Of a DNA stretch of 64,000 nucleotides, positions 39,944 through 48,349 are shown piece after piece. The stretch lies in NCBI GenBank assembly GCA_964492875.1, contig CAZBLD010000004.1, forward strand, positions 57,165 to 121,164, given 5' to 3'. The notes below the pieces were generated by a model. It made no database searches, was not told the DNA's origin, and was given only the letters and a program-made list of their open reading frames with translations. A program made the position numbers and the translations under genes. Within the stretch, counting starts at the first letter, position 1; the number at the start of each line of letters is the position of its first letter. Source of the stretch: an uncultured Planctomycetaceae bacterium. GTDB lineage: Bacteria > Planctomycetota > Phycisphaerae > Sedimentisphaerales > UBA12454.

Positions 39944-40375
39944 CTTATATTCCTCACAAGCTTGTAAAAAAAGAATAATACTATCGATTTATTAATCCAT
40001 TAATTTATACCAAAAAAGTAAATTTGGCAAGAGGTTTTCGCCATATACCTATGACAAATTTTAGTAAATTTTTCAGCGAGGCACCGGAGAGTATTGGGCC
40101 TAATAAAGAAATATTCGTAGTAGTAATCTTAAGGGAAGCCAAATTGTTAAAAACACGACTGGGCAAGAGGCATAACCACTTAAATAGCAGCAGCTTATAT
40201 AAAGCAAGCCCCTCTTTTCTGTGTGGGGATATGCTGTTATATAGGATGTTGTTCTGGCGCCGCGGGCAACAGGTCTAAGGATGGCCGCGCTTGAGGGGTA
40301 GAAATGTCTCCTGGTGGGGGGAAGGTTACAGACGGAATAACAGTTTATACGCTTGATTTGTAACAGGTGATAATT

Positions 40376-41347
40376 CTATAGTTTTCTGTGATTCTCAACA
40401 ATTCCCTGCGCCTTTTCAAGCACCCTTTTTCTTAGCGCAGCGGGTGCTAATATCTGCACCTGGTCGCCGTAGCCCAGTACCCACCAAGTGATTTCCCCCA
40501 GTCCATCAACCCTAAAGCTTAGGGTTACGGAGCCGTCCTCATTCCATTGCGCTTGCTGAGTGCTGTGCCATTGAACTTCCGAGACGTTGTGAGCCACAAG
40601 AGGCGAAAACTTCAGTTTGACATCGTACAGTTTCCCTTCCGGTATGAGAGACCAGGCCCTGCCGAGGTACTCATACAGGTCAAAGTTATCACCGTCTGTA
40701 AAGTGGGTGCCAAGGGCTTCGACAGCCTTTATTCTGCCGAGATTAAAGGTCCTAACCATCTTATGAAAGCCTGAGAAGCCTATTACATACCAAGAGCGTT
40801 TCTTATAGAGCAGATGATATGGGTGTAATGTGGCATTTATGGCCTGTTGTTCGTAGAGCGAATGATACGACAGGCGCAGTACAGTTTTTTTCCTGATTGC
40901 TTTTTGAATGGTATTATAGATTGTATCAAGTGATTTAATTGTTGCGTGCTGTTCCGGGGCGATGGTTACCTTTTGGAGTGAGGCTTGACAGTAATTTCGC
41001 ACCTCGGCAGGCAGATTGTTTTCAACCTTTAGGCCTGCCAGCAGAGCGGAGTTCCTGAACGGGAGGGGCAGATGGTTTCGCACTTTATGGACGAGCATTA
41101 GCAGACTTAAGGCTTCGGCAAGGTTAAAATCTACGGGTGGCAGGAAAAATTTAGGGTCGATACTGTAGCCCCTGCTTTTTGCGTCGTACTTGCAGGGCAC
41201 GCCGATGCTCTGCAGCTCAGCCAGGTCGCGAAAGACTGTTCGTCTGCTTACGCCGAGGATGTTTTCAAGGTCAGTCGGCGAGTACTTCTCATCGGACTGT
41301 AGCGTCGTGAGGATTTTTACAATCCTGCTGACTCTGCTCTGCTTCAT
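40376..41347 (-). CDS. WYL-domain transcriptional regulator (YafY-like: HTH-WYL-WCX)
   Basis: N-terminal HTH RIVKILTTLQSDEKYSPTDLENILGVSRRTVFRDLAELQSIGVP, and a central segment YHLLYKKRSWYVIGF typical of WYL domains. Confidence 0.8.
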   Translation of the reverse strand: MKQSRVSRIVKILTTLQSDEKYSPTDLENILGVSRRTVFRDLAELQSIGVPCKYDAKSRGYSIDPKFFLPPVDFNLAEALSLLMLVHKVRNHLPLPFRNSALLAGLKVENNLPAEVRNYCQASLQKVTIAPEQHATIKSLDTIYNTIQKAIRKKTVLRLSYHSLYEQQAINATLHPYHLLYKKRSWYVIGFSGFHKMVRTFNLGRIKAVEALGTHFTDGDNFDLYEYLGRAWSLIPEGKLYDVKLKFSPLVAHNVSEVQWHSTQQAQWNEDGSVTLSFRVDGLGEITWWVLGYGDQVQILAPAALRKRVLEKAQGIVENHRKL

Positions 41348-41436
41348 CCTCGTCTTCCCTTATCAAAAAACAATATAGCTGTGATTTATCCGACAAGATT
41401 ATACCATAAACAGGGGCTGATTCAAGGGCAATAAAA

Positions 41437-42606
41437 TTATTCAGCCGCTGGTTTTGCCGGCGTCTTTGCTAATTGCTCTATTACAAGTTGCGCAACATTT
41501 TGTGATGTCTTGCTGCCGGCAAGAGGTTTGGCAAGTTCCATAAGTCCACTGCTTAAACTCAGGAGTTTTTCAGGAGCATTTAACAGGCTTTCGCATACGC
41601 TGACGACGGGGACGATTGACGAGAAGTATGGCATAAATTCCGGCACAAGCTCTTTTTGCGAAAGGATATTAACAAGCGAAAGATATTTTGTTGTTACCAA
41701 TCTTCTGCCGACAAGGTGCCATAGATATTTATTGGACTGATACATTATTACCATCGGGCAGGCTGCCGCAGCGACCTGCAGAGTGGCAGAGCCGCTTGTC
41801 ACAAGAGCAAAATCAGCCTTTTTGGCCGTCTCATAGACGCTGTCAATTGTGTAATCGCAGCAGAGGGACTTGATTTCGTTTTGTCGCAGGAAATCCGCGA
41901 TTTTTTCATCTGCAGCAACGGCGGTAAACCGAATGCTCGGATGGCGAGCCCTCAATCTTCTGGCAATCTGTTCCATTGCCGGCCAGAGTGTTTTTATTTC
42001 AGCCGGTCTTGAGCCTGGCATAAGTGCGATGTGGGCGTTGGATATCGAGTATGCGGCGTAATTTTTAGGTCTTATCTGTTCAGACTTTATGTCTTCGAGT
42101 ATAGGAGAACCAACGAATTTACATTCTAAACCTCTTTTGCCGAACCAGTCTGGCTCGAACGGCAGAATCGCTACCAATCCGCCTGTGCAGAGTTTTTTTA
42201 ACTTTTTAATTCGCCACGGCGCCCAGGCCCACAATTGCGGCGCAACGTAAAAAAGCGTTTTTATGCCGGCCTTTGCAGCGGCCTTTGCGACGTGGAAGTT
42301 GAAGCTTGGCGAATCACAGACTATTACGATATCGGGTTTGCTTTGAGCAAAGTGTTTTTCAGTTTTTTTTACCGCCTTGAGGAAGAAAAGAATTTGACGA
42401 AAAGCCTTATAACTCATTGCTGCTCTTTCGGTTGTGTTCAGGATGATTTCGCAGCCGGCATCAGCCATTCTCGCTCCGCCAAGGCCGGCAAATTCAAGGT
42501 TGTAACCTGTTTGTTTTAAGGCGGTTATGAGATTTGCGCAAAGTCTGTCGCCGCTGGCCTCGGCGGCACTTAAAAATATCCGGTATGACCCGCTTGAATC
42601 CTGCAC
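41437..42606 (-). CDS. lpxB: Lipid-A-disaccharide synthase
   Basis: RIFLSAAEASGD start, GTSGSATLE-like VTSGSATLQVAAAACPMVIMY, 389 aa, GTG start. Confidence 0.88.
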   Translation of the reverse strand: MQDSSGSYRIFLSAAEASGDRLCANLITALKQTGYNLEFAGLGGARMADAGCEIILNTTERAAMSYKAFRQILFFLKAVKKTEKHFAQSKPDIVIVCDSPSFNFHVAKAAAKAGIKTLFYVAPQLWAWAPWRIKKLKKLCTGGLVAILPFEPDWFGKRGLECKFVGSPILEDIKSEQIRPKNYAAYSISNAHIALMPGSRPAEIKTLWPAMEQIARRLRARHPSIRFTAVAADEKIADFLRQNEIKSLCCDYTIDSVYETAKKADFALVTSGSATLQVAAAACPMVIMYQSNKYLWHLVGRRLVTTKYLSLVNILSQKELVPEFMPYFSSIVPVVSVCESLLNAPEKLLSLSSGLMELAKPLAGSKTSQNVAQLVIEQLAKTPAKPAAE

Positions 42607-42651
42607 AGGTCCTTAATAGGGTAAAACTTATTAAAATTCAAGAATAAATTG

Positions 42652-42717
42652 AGCCACAAGGGCACCAAGGCACAGAGGAAATTAAGATATACCTACAAAA
42701 CTTTGTGTCTTTGTGGT
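42652..42717. repeat. AGCCAC...GTGGYT intercistronic element, copy 3
   Basis: AGCCACAAGGGCACCAAGGCACAGAGG - AT-rich core - CTTTGTGTCTTTGTGGTT. It abuts the thioesterase stop codon and lies upstream of lpxB. Confidence 0.65.
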
Positions 42718-43133
42718 TATTCGCCCGGGTACATAAACTCCGGCACTCTTTTTGGTTTGCCGTTATCGTCAACGCAGGCGAGGATACTTGAGCCTTCGGC
42801 AAGTAATAGTCCGGTTTCGGAGCGGATTAGTTTGTAGGAATGTTCAATCTTTGCAGCGGTAACTTTTGTACATTCGGTTGTAAGCTCTAATTTTTCATCG
42901 TAGTATGCAGGTCTGCGGTATTTAACGTGCAGTTCCGCGACGACCATATAGAAACCTTCTTTTTCGAGTTCTTTGTACGCAAGGCCGTTTGCGCGTAAAA
43001 GTTCCGTTCTGCCCAGCTCGAAATAAATCGGGAAGACACTGTGATGGATGACCCCTGCCTGGTCAGTCTCGCAGTATCGCGGAATGATGGTTATCGTATG
43101 TGATTGAACCGTTGTTTTTTCGGGGAATTTCAT
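42717..43133 (-). CDS. Acyl-CoA thioesterase, 4HBT/YbgC family
   Basis: RYCETDQAGVIHHSVFPIYFELGRTELL hotdog-fold motif. I prefer the ATG at 43133 (138 aa); the longest ORF reaches 43187. Confidence 0.8.
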   Translation of the reverse strand: MKFPEKTTVQSHTITIIPRYCETDQAGVIHHSVFPIYFELGRTELLRANGLAYKELEKEGFYMVVAELHVKYRRPAYYDEKLELTTECTKVTAAKIEHSYKLIRSETGLLLAEGSSILACVDDNGKPKRVPEFMYPGE

Positions 43134-43293
43134 AATAGAAGGAGAGGCTAACAGATTTCGGGAAAAATTCAAGAGGGCAGAGAGCAAAAAACATCAGCGT
43201 CCGGTAAAAGCAGGCAGGATTTGCTGAAAAATCGCGGCTGACAGGCTAAAGACAGACAGTGAATAAAATTTCTGCTGTAAAGTTTTACCTAAA

Positions 43294-43322
43294 TTGACAC
43301 CGGCGTTACAATCTGTTAAGAT
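43294..43322 (+). promoter_or_regulatory. Sigma-70-type promoter candidate (TTGACA-17-TAAGAT)
   Basis: TTGACA at 43294-43299 and TAAGAT at 43317-43322, about 80 nt upstream of the small lipoprotein/cdaA genes. Confidence 0.45.
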
Positions 43323-43400
43323 AGAGGTTGTCAAAGGATTATTTTTGATAATAAGCTTGTGGAGCTTATGAGTTTAACTACCTTTTTGGGGAGGGAGTGA

Positions 43401-43616
43401 ATGAAGAAAGTGTTGCTTAATATTTTGCTTGCAGCGATATTGCTGGTCTCAGCAGCAGTAGTTGTTGGCTGTCACGGCCTTGGCGAAACTTCTGCGGAAA
43501 GGGCGGACGACCACGCGAGGCAGTTGAGGCTGAGTGGCTCGATGCTCATCGATGATATTGATGCAATCCTTCAGTGGGACCGGACAACCAGACTGACTGA
43601 GTACCACGTGAGGTAA
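43401..43616 (+). CDS. Small lipoprotein (71 aa), hypothetical
   Basis: GGAGGGAG RBS. Signal peptide ending in lipobox VVGC. Confidence 0.6.
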   Translation: MKKVLLNILLAAILLVSAAVVVGCHGLGETSAERADDHARQLRLSGSMLIDDIDAILQWDRTTRLTEYHVR

Positions 43617-43772
43617 ACGGCACTCACCGCGGTCGGGCTGCGGTGGGCTTCGACCCGACGAGTGCGACCGCATCGCAACGAGCAGGGAAGGCTGGTACCG
43701 AATGGAGACTTGTCCCGTCAGATAAAGGCTGTCTGGCGGGATAAATAAAAAAGGATTTGAGGCTGAATGTAA

Positions 43773-44636
43773 TTGGATGCGATTGTCGAATATTTCGGTC
43801 GTCTGGTAGTATACAATCCGCTTATAGTTATTATTGAGCTTCTGCTAATAGGATTTGTTGTTTACTGGGCGATAAATTTTCTCGAAGGGACTCGTGGCGA
43901 GCGATTGTTCAGGGGAGTTATAATTCTGCTGCTTGCAGCATCGATGATTCTTAAGCTGGTGATTGTGCGTTTTGATTTTGCAAGACTTCAGTATCTCTAT
44001 AACAGTTTTCTTGTCCTTGTATTGATAATCGCAGTGGCGGCATTTCAGCCGGAAATAAGAAGGATGCTTATCAGGATAGGCCAGGCCGGCAGCTTTGGCG
44101 GTTCGGCACATCGACAGCTTTTGCAGACCGTCGAAGAGATTATAAATGCGGTTACCAATCTTTCCGAAAAGAAGATAGGAGCAATTATTATTCTTGAGAG
44201 ACGGGTCGCATTAGGCGAGTTTATCGAGACGGGGGTGAAACTTGACGCCAAGGTTAAGGCGGCGCTACTCAGGACGATATTTCATCCGGGCACCGCACTG
44301 CACGACCTTGCGGTAATAATCCAGGGGGACAGAATTGCTGCGGCACGTGTGCAGCTTCCACTCGCAGAGGTCGGTCTTGCAGGAGGCTCGCTCGGCTCAA
44401 GACACAGAGCGGCGATAGGCGTAACGACCGGCAGCGATGCGGTCGCCATAGTGGTCAGCGAGGAGACGGGAGTTATAAGTATCGCTGAGGATGGTAAACT
44501 CGACCAGTATATAACCGAAGAAGAACTTCGCAAGAGACTGACAAGCATAATCATCGACGCCGGTCCGCTGTTGGCCAGGCTGCGGCGAAGTGCAAAAGAT
44601 AAAAAAGACTCCGGCATAGTAAGTCAGGGAAGGTAA
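43773..44636 (+). CDS. cdaA: Diadenylate cyclase CdaA (DisA_N domain) with a DLA variant of the DGA motif
   Basis: Three N-terminal TM helices. ALHDLAVIIQGDRIAAA (normally HDGAVI) and GSRHRAAIGVT...VSEETG (RHR motif). TTG start. Confidence 0.85.
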   Translation: MDAIVEYFGRLVVYNPLIVIIELLLIGFVVYWAINFLEGTRGERLFRGVIILLLAASMILKLVIVRFDFARLQYLYNSFLVLVLIIAVAAFQPEIRRMLIRIGQAGSFGGSAHRQLLQTVEEIINAVTNLSEKKIGAIIILERRVALGEFIETGVKLDAKVKAALLRTIFHPGTALHDLAVIIQGDRIAAARVQLPLAEVGLAGGSLGSRHRAAIGVTTGSDAVAIVVSEETGVISIAEDGKLDQYITEEELRKRLTSIIIDAGPLLARLRRSAKDKKDSGIVSQGR

Positions 44637-44640
44637 GGCT

Positions 44641-45651
44641 GTGTTCGCGAAAGTCAAGAAAGCAATGCTTGTGATTTTTATAACCTGCCTGATATGGGTC
44701 TGGGCGGATTTGAGTCTCGATGAAGGACTGGACAATCAGACGATAACAATAACCGCGAGCAAGGCAAATCCGCGGCTGTGGGTTACGCTGGAAGGCAGGC
44801 CGGAAATACAGGTAAAAGCTGATTTAAGGGGGCCGGTAGCAAAAGTGCGCGAACTTTCAAAAAAGATAGAAGGCGGCAGGGAAAAACTCGAAGTTGTCTT
44901 CGACGCGGAACAACAAAACATGGGCACGGAGGGCGAATATGCTCTGCAGGATTTGCGAAAGTTTCTGTCGGAAAGCAAAAAGATGCATGAATACGGGCTG
45001 GCTGTAAAGGCTGCCAGGCCGGATAAACTACAGCGCATAAAAGTGGTGGAACTGAAGGAAAAGACGCTGCCTATAAAATGTGTGGATGAGACAGATACCG
45101 AAATGGCCGGTGCCCGTACCACGCCGGATGTTGTTACTATGCTTGTACCGCAGCAGTTGACGGAGGCAAAGGTAAAGATAATGACACTGGCCGAGAAGAA
45201 ACAGGCACGCGGCGGAGCAATCGACAAAAAACCTTATATCGAACTTGCCAGCGGAGAGATAAGATATGCTGATACGGCCGTAAAGGTTGAACTGCCGGCA
45301 ACCCAGGAAGATATGAAGCAGTACACAATCAACGGCACACTCGGCTTTATTTTCAGCGAGAATCTTGCCGGCGGCTATAAGGTGGAATTCATCAAGCGGC
45401 CGGAAATCAGCAGTATTCCCATTGTTGCTACCGAAGAAGCCAAAGCCGCGTACGAGGAAAAGGGCTTCGAAGTACTGCTTGAAATTCAGGATGACGATGC
45501 GGGCAAGCCGGAAGTAAGTCGGCAGATAATTTATAATTTTCCCGCCAAATATGTTCGCGAAGACAAAATTCACCTCAAGGGCGACCCTGTCGAGGCAAAA
45601 TTCAAACTTGTGCCTGTAACCGACCAGAACCAGCCGCCGAGCACAGAGTAA
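44641..45651 (+). CDS. cdaR: CdaR/YbbR-like regulator of CdaA
   Basis: N-terminal TM helix followed by repeated beta-rich YbbR-like segments. Immediately downstream of cdaA, as in the conserved cdaA-cdaR operon. GTG start. Confidence 0.65.
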   Translation: MFAKVKKAMLVIFITCLIWVWADLSLDEGLDNQTITITASKANPRLWVTLEGRPEIQVKADLRGPVAKVRELSKKIEGGREKLEVVFDAEQQNMGTEGEYALQDLRKFLSESKKMHEYGLAVKAARPDKLQRIKVVELKEKTLPIKCVDETDTEMAGARTTPDVVTMLVPQQLTEAKVKIMTLAEKKQARGGAIDKKPYIELASGEIRYADTAVKVELPATQEDMKQYTINGTLGFIFSENLAGGYKVEFIKRPEISSIPIVATEEAKAAYEEKGFEVLLEIQDDDAGKPEVSRQIIYNFPAKYVREDKIHLKGDPVEAKFKLVPVTDQNQPPSTE

Positions 45652-45657
45652 CCTATG

Positions 45658-46977
45658 TTAATCCTTCCGATGTGGACGTATCAAAAGCCTTATCGGGACT
45701 TCGGCAAAGCCTAAATGAGCGCGAAGTCTGCCGATGAGAAATCGTTTGTAGTTTTCATCGAATAACTTAACCTTATTGACAAATAAAAGGAGCGTAACCG
45801 GCCTTGTCGCAATCTGCGTTGCATAGTAAATTTTCGGAAACAGGGAGGTTTTTCTCCTGCCGCCGAGACGCTCGGAGCTTATCTGCTCAATAGCCTTGTT
45901 CAGTTTTGGCGTGGAAATCTTCGTTGTCGCCTGCTTGTAAAGCTCACGGGCCAAATCGAGCACCGACTGAATGTTTTTGCTCTCAGTGGCGGTTGTAAAG
46001 GCAATCGGGGCGTAACTTAACTGCGGCAGAGTTTTAGTGAGATAATCAGCGTAATCGTCGCTTGAGGCCTTGCCCTTTGCAAGGTCCCATTTGTTTATCA
46101 CAAGAATACAGGCCTTGTATTCATCAGCGATGAAGGCAGCAAGTTTTTTGTCAACCTGTGAGAGCGGCTCGACCGCATCTATCAAAAGCAGCACGACATC
46201 GGCCTGCCGGATAGATTTGGCCGCCCTTACGTGGCTGTAAAATTCTATGCTGTCCCTAATGCTGCTTTTTTTTCTTACTCCTGCGGTGTCGATGACGATA
46301 AATGTTTTGCCGTCCTTCTCAAATCGCACATCAATTGAGTCGCGTGTTGTGCCGGGGATTTCACTGACGATTACACGCTCCTGGCCTGCGATTGCATTTG
46401 TGAGGGTACTTTTGCCGGCGTTGCGTTTGCCGACGATTGCGAGCTTCATCTCGACATCCTGCGGTTTTTCAGAAGTACGGTCTTTGAGAAACTCCGTAAT
46501 CCTGTCAACAAGAAGGTGCTTGTTGAGATTATTTGTCGATGAGACGCAAAGGGCGTCGCCAAAGCCGAGCTTTGAAAATTCCGCTGCGGCGGGGAACATT
46601 TTTGCCTCATCAGCCTTATTGGCGACGAGGACGACGTTAAGATTGTTCTTTCTCAAGAGCTGAGCAATCTGCTTGTCGAGCGGGACCAATCCGTCACGGA
46701 TGTCAACTACGAAAATAACAAGGTCTGCTGAACTGATAGCCTGCCTTATCTGATTTTCGATGTGCTCTTTAAGCTGGTCTGAATCGACGATACCGTAGCC
46801 GCCGGTGTCAACAAGCTCAAAATAACGGTCATTGTACTCGATGATTGTACTTACACGGTCTCTGGTTACGCCTGCGGTCGGCTCAACGATGCTTATCATT
46901 TTGCCTGCGAGGGCGTTAAAGAGAGAGCTTTTGCCCACGTTAGGCCTTCCAATTATTGCGACAACAGGCAGTGCCAT
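45658..46977 (-). CDS. der: Ribosome-associated GTPase Der (EngA)
   Basis: Two tandem G domains (GRPNVGKSSLFN and GKRNAGKSTLTN; DTGG and DTAG) plus a KH-like C-terminus. Confidence 0.95.
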   Translation of the reverse strand: MALPVVAIIGRPNVGKSSLFNALAGKMISIVEPTAGVTRDRVSTIIEYNDRYFELVDTGGYGIVDSDQLKEHIENQIRQAISSADLVIFVVDIRDGLVPLDKQIAQLLRKNNLNVVLVANKADEAKMFPAAAEFSKLGFGDALCVSSTNNLNKHLLVDRITEFLKDRTSEKPQDVEMKLAIVGKRNAGKSTLTNAIAGQERVIVSEIPGTTRDSIDVRFEKDGKTFIVIDTAGVRKKSSIRDSIEFYSHVRAAKSIRQADVVLLLIDAVEPLSQVDKKLAAFIADEYKACILVINKWDLAKGKASSDDYADYLTKTLPQLSYAPIAFTTATESKNIQSVLDLARELYKQATTKISTPKLNKAIEQISSERLGGRRKTSLFPKIYYATQIATRPVTLLLFVNKVKLFDENYKRFLIGRLRAHLGFAEVPIRLLIRPHRKD

Positions 46978-47068
46978 CTTGCTTCCAATAAAAAGTATTT
47001 CTGACGTAAACGGGACAGGAGTATAACAGAAATGTGCGGCTGTTTAAATGATTATCCGTCTTCGCCCC

Positions 47069-47827
47069 TTAGGGGCTACGACGGACAAGTTGGTTTGACT
47101 TTTGGGCGGTGTTTCTGTCGTACCACAGACGACATTTGTTTTTATCCCCTTTTACAAAAAACCCAAAGGCAAGATTCAATACAATTGTTTTATAGCTGAA
47201 CCAGTAGAATTTTCGCAGGGAAGTCCGGACAGGAATATCAAGTATACGGAAATTCATTTTGTGTTTTTTTGCCCATTTTTTGAGCTGTTTGGAGAAAATC
47301 AGCTCCTCTGCAATGTAAACACTTTCATCGAATCCGCCGACATCCTGCCAGGCCTGTCTGAGACAAAACAGATACAGACCTGCAGCAAGCTTTCGAGAGC
47401 GCGAGATAAAATTCCAGAGGTGGAGCAGGAGTTTAACCTTCAAAAGATTTGTCTGGGAGTAGTCGAGAATCGTTCCTCCGCCGGCAATTTTGCCGGAGTC
47501 CAAAAGCTCCAGAGTTTTAGCCAGAAGCTTCTCTGGAAGGATGGTGTCGGCATCGAGGAAAATCAGGTATTTGCCTTTTGCGGTCTCTGCGCCATGGTTT
47601 CTGGCGCGTGAAATCTGATTTACCGGCTCAAAAACCACAGTCGCACCAGAAGATTTTGCTACTTCAGCAGTGTTGTCGGTGGAATTGTTATCAACAACTA
47701 TAATCTCGCCTGTTCGGTGTGCAAAGGAACCTTGTGCGGTTTTCACAGCCGCAAGAGTGCTGCCTAAATATGCCGCCTCGTTAAAGGCGGGAATGATTAT
47801 TGAATAATCCGGCTGAGAGGTGGTCAT
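47069..47827 (-). CDS. Family 2 glycosyltransferase
   Basis: YSIIIPAFNEAAYL, VVDNNSTD and IFLDADT motifs. I prefer the ATG at 47827; the longest ORF starts at TTG 47860. A GC hairpin (CCGTCTTCGCCCCTTAGGGGCTACGACGG) overlaps the stop codon. Confidence 0.8.
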   Translation of the reverse strand: MTTSQPDYSIIIPAFNEAAYLGSTLAAVKTAQGSFAHRTGEIIVVDNNSTDNTAEVAKSSGATVVFEPVNQISRARNHGAETAKGKYLIFLDADTILPEKLLAKTLELLDSGKIAGGGTILDYSQTNLLKVKLLLHLWNFISRSRKLAAGLYLFCLRQAWQDVGGFDESVYIAEELIFSKQLKKWAKKHKMNFRILDIPVRTSLRKFYWFSYKTIVLNLAFGFFVKGDKNKCRLWYDRNTAQKSNQLVRRSP

Positions 47828-47924
47828 AGAACAACCAGCGGAGGAACGGCTTTTAGCCAAATTTAATCAGTGCATCCAAAAAGGGCAGGCGATGGACCTG
47901 CCCTTTCGTGTTCGCCTTTGCGGA

Positions 47925-48068
47925 TTATTGTGCGTTGGTGTCAGGCTGTACCTGCGGAGCCGCGGGGGCTTCTGGAGCAGCTTTTGGCGCGGCTTTTTGA
48001 GTTTTCTTGCAGCCGAAGACAACAACTAAAGCGAGGACAAGAGCAATTGTCAGAATTTTTCGCAACAT
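47925..48068 (-). CDS. Mini-lipoprotein (47 aa), paralog of 48100-48318
   Basis: Below the ORF-track cutoff. My translation: MLRKILTIALVLALVVVFGCKKTQKAAPKAAPEAPAAPQVQPDTNAQ. The lipobox is VFGC. The upstream AAGGAGAACACAAA is almost identical to that of the neighbouring gene. Confidence 0.55.
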   Translation of the reverse strand: MLRKILTIALVLALVVVFGCKKTQKAAPKAAPEAPAAPQVQPDTNAQ

Positions 48069-48099
48069 TTTGTGTTCTCCTTAAATAAAAATTGTCTGT

Positions 48100-48318
48100 C
48101 TATACGTTCGGTTCAGTCTCAGCAGCGTCTTTTTTGATTTCTTTCTCAATTTTTTCGAGCTGCTGATTCATGTTTTCCTTTGTTACTTCCTTTTCAGCCT
48201 GTTTTTGGGCGTCAGTTGCCGTTTTTGAAGGAGCGACAGGTTGTCCGGTTTTCTTCCTGCAGCCGAAGGCGACAACCAAGACAAGGATGATAGCAAGAAT
48301 CAGGATTTTTCGCAACAC
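48100..48318 (-). CDS. Mini-lipoprotein (72 aa)
   Basis: MLRKILILAIILVLVVAFGC lipobox, then a Lys/Glu-rich tail. GTG start preceded by AAGGAGAATACAAA. Confidence 0.6.
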   Translation of the reverse strand: MLRKILILAIILVLVVAFGCRKKTGQPVAPSKTATDAQKQAEKEVTKENMNQQLEKIEKEIKKDAAETEPNV

Positions 48319-48349
48319 TTTGTATTCTCCTTAAATAAAAGCCGTTTGT

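Noticed and set aside
39944-40375. Possible oriC / DnaA-box cluster upstream of dnaN, for example TGTGGGGATA at ~40221.
   Set aside because: There are only one or two poor matches to TTWTNCACA, and no repeated boxes or clear DUE that I could verify by eye. The 84-aa ORF at 40024-40278 has no convincing start context or motifs. I left it as an unannotated spacer.
47820-48088. Two overlapping + strand ORFs of 69 and 72 aa.
   Set aside because: They are antisense to the GT2 5' end and to the 47-aa mini-lipoprotein gene. The minus-strand lipoprotein gene has an RBS, a signal peptide and a paralog next door.
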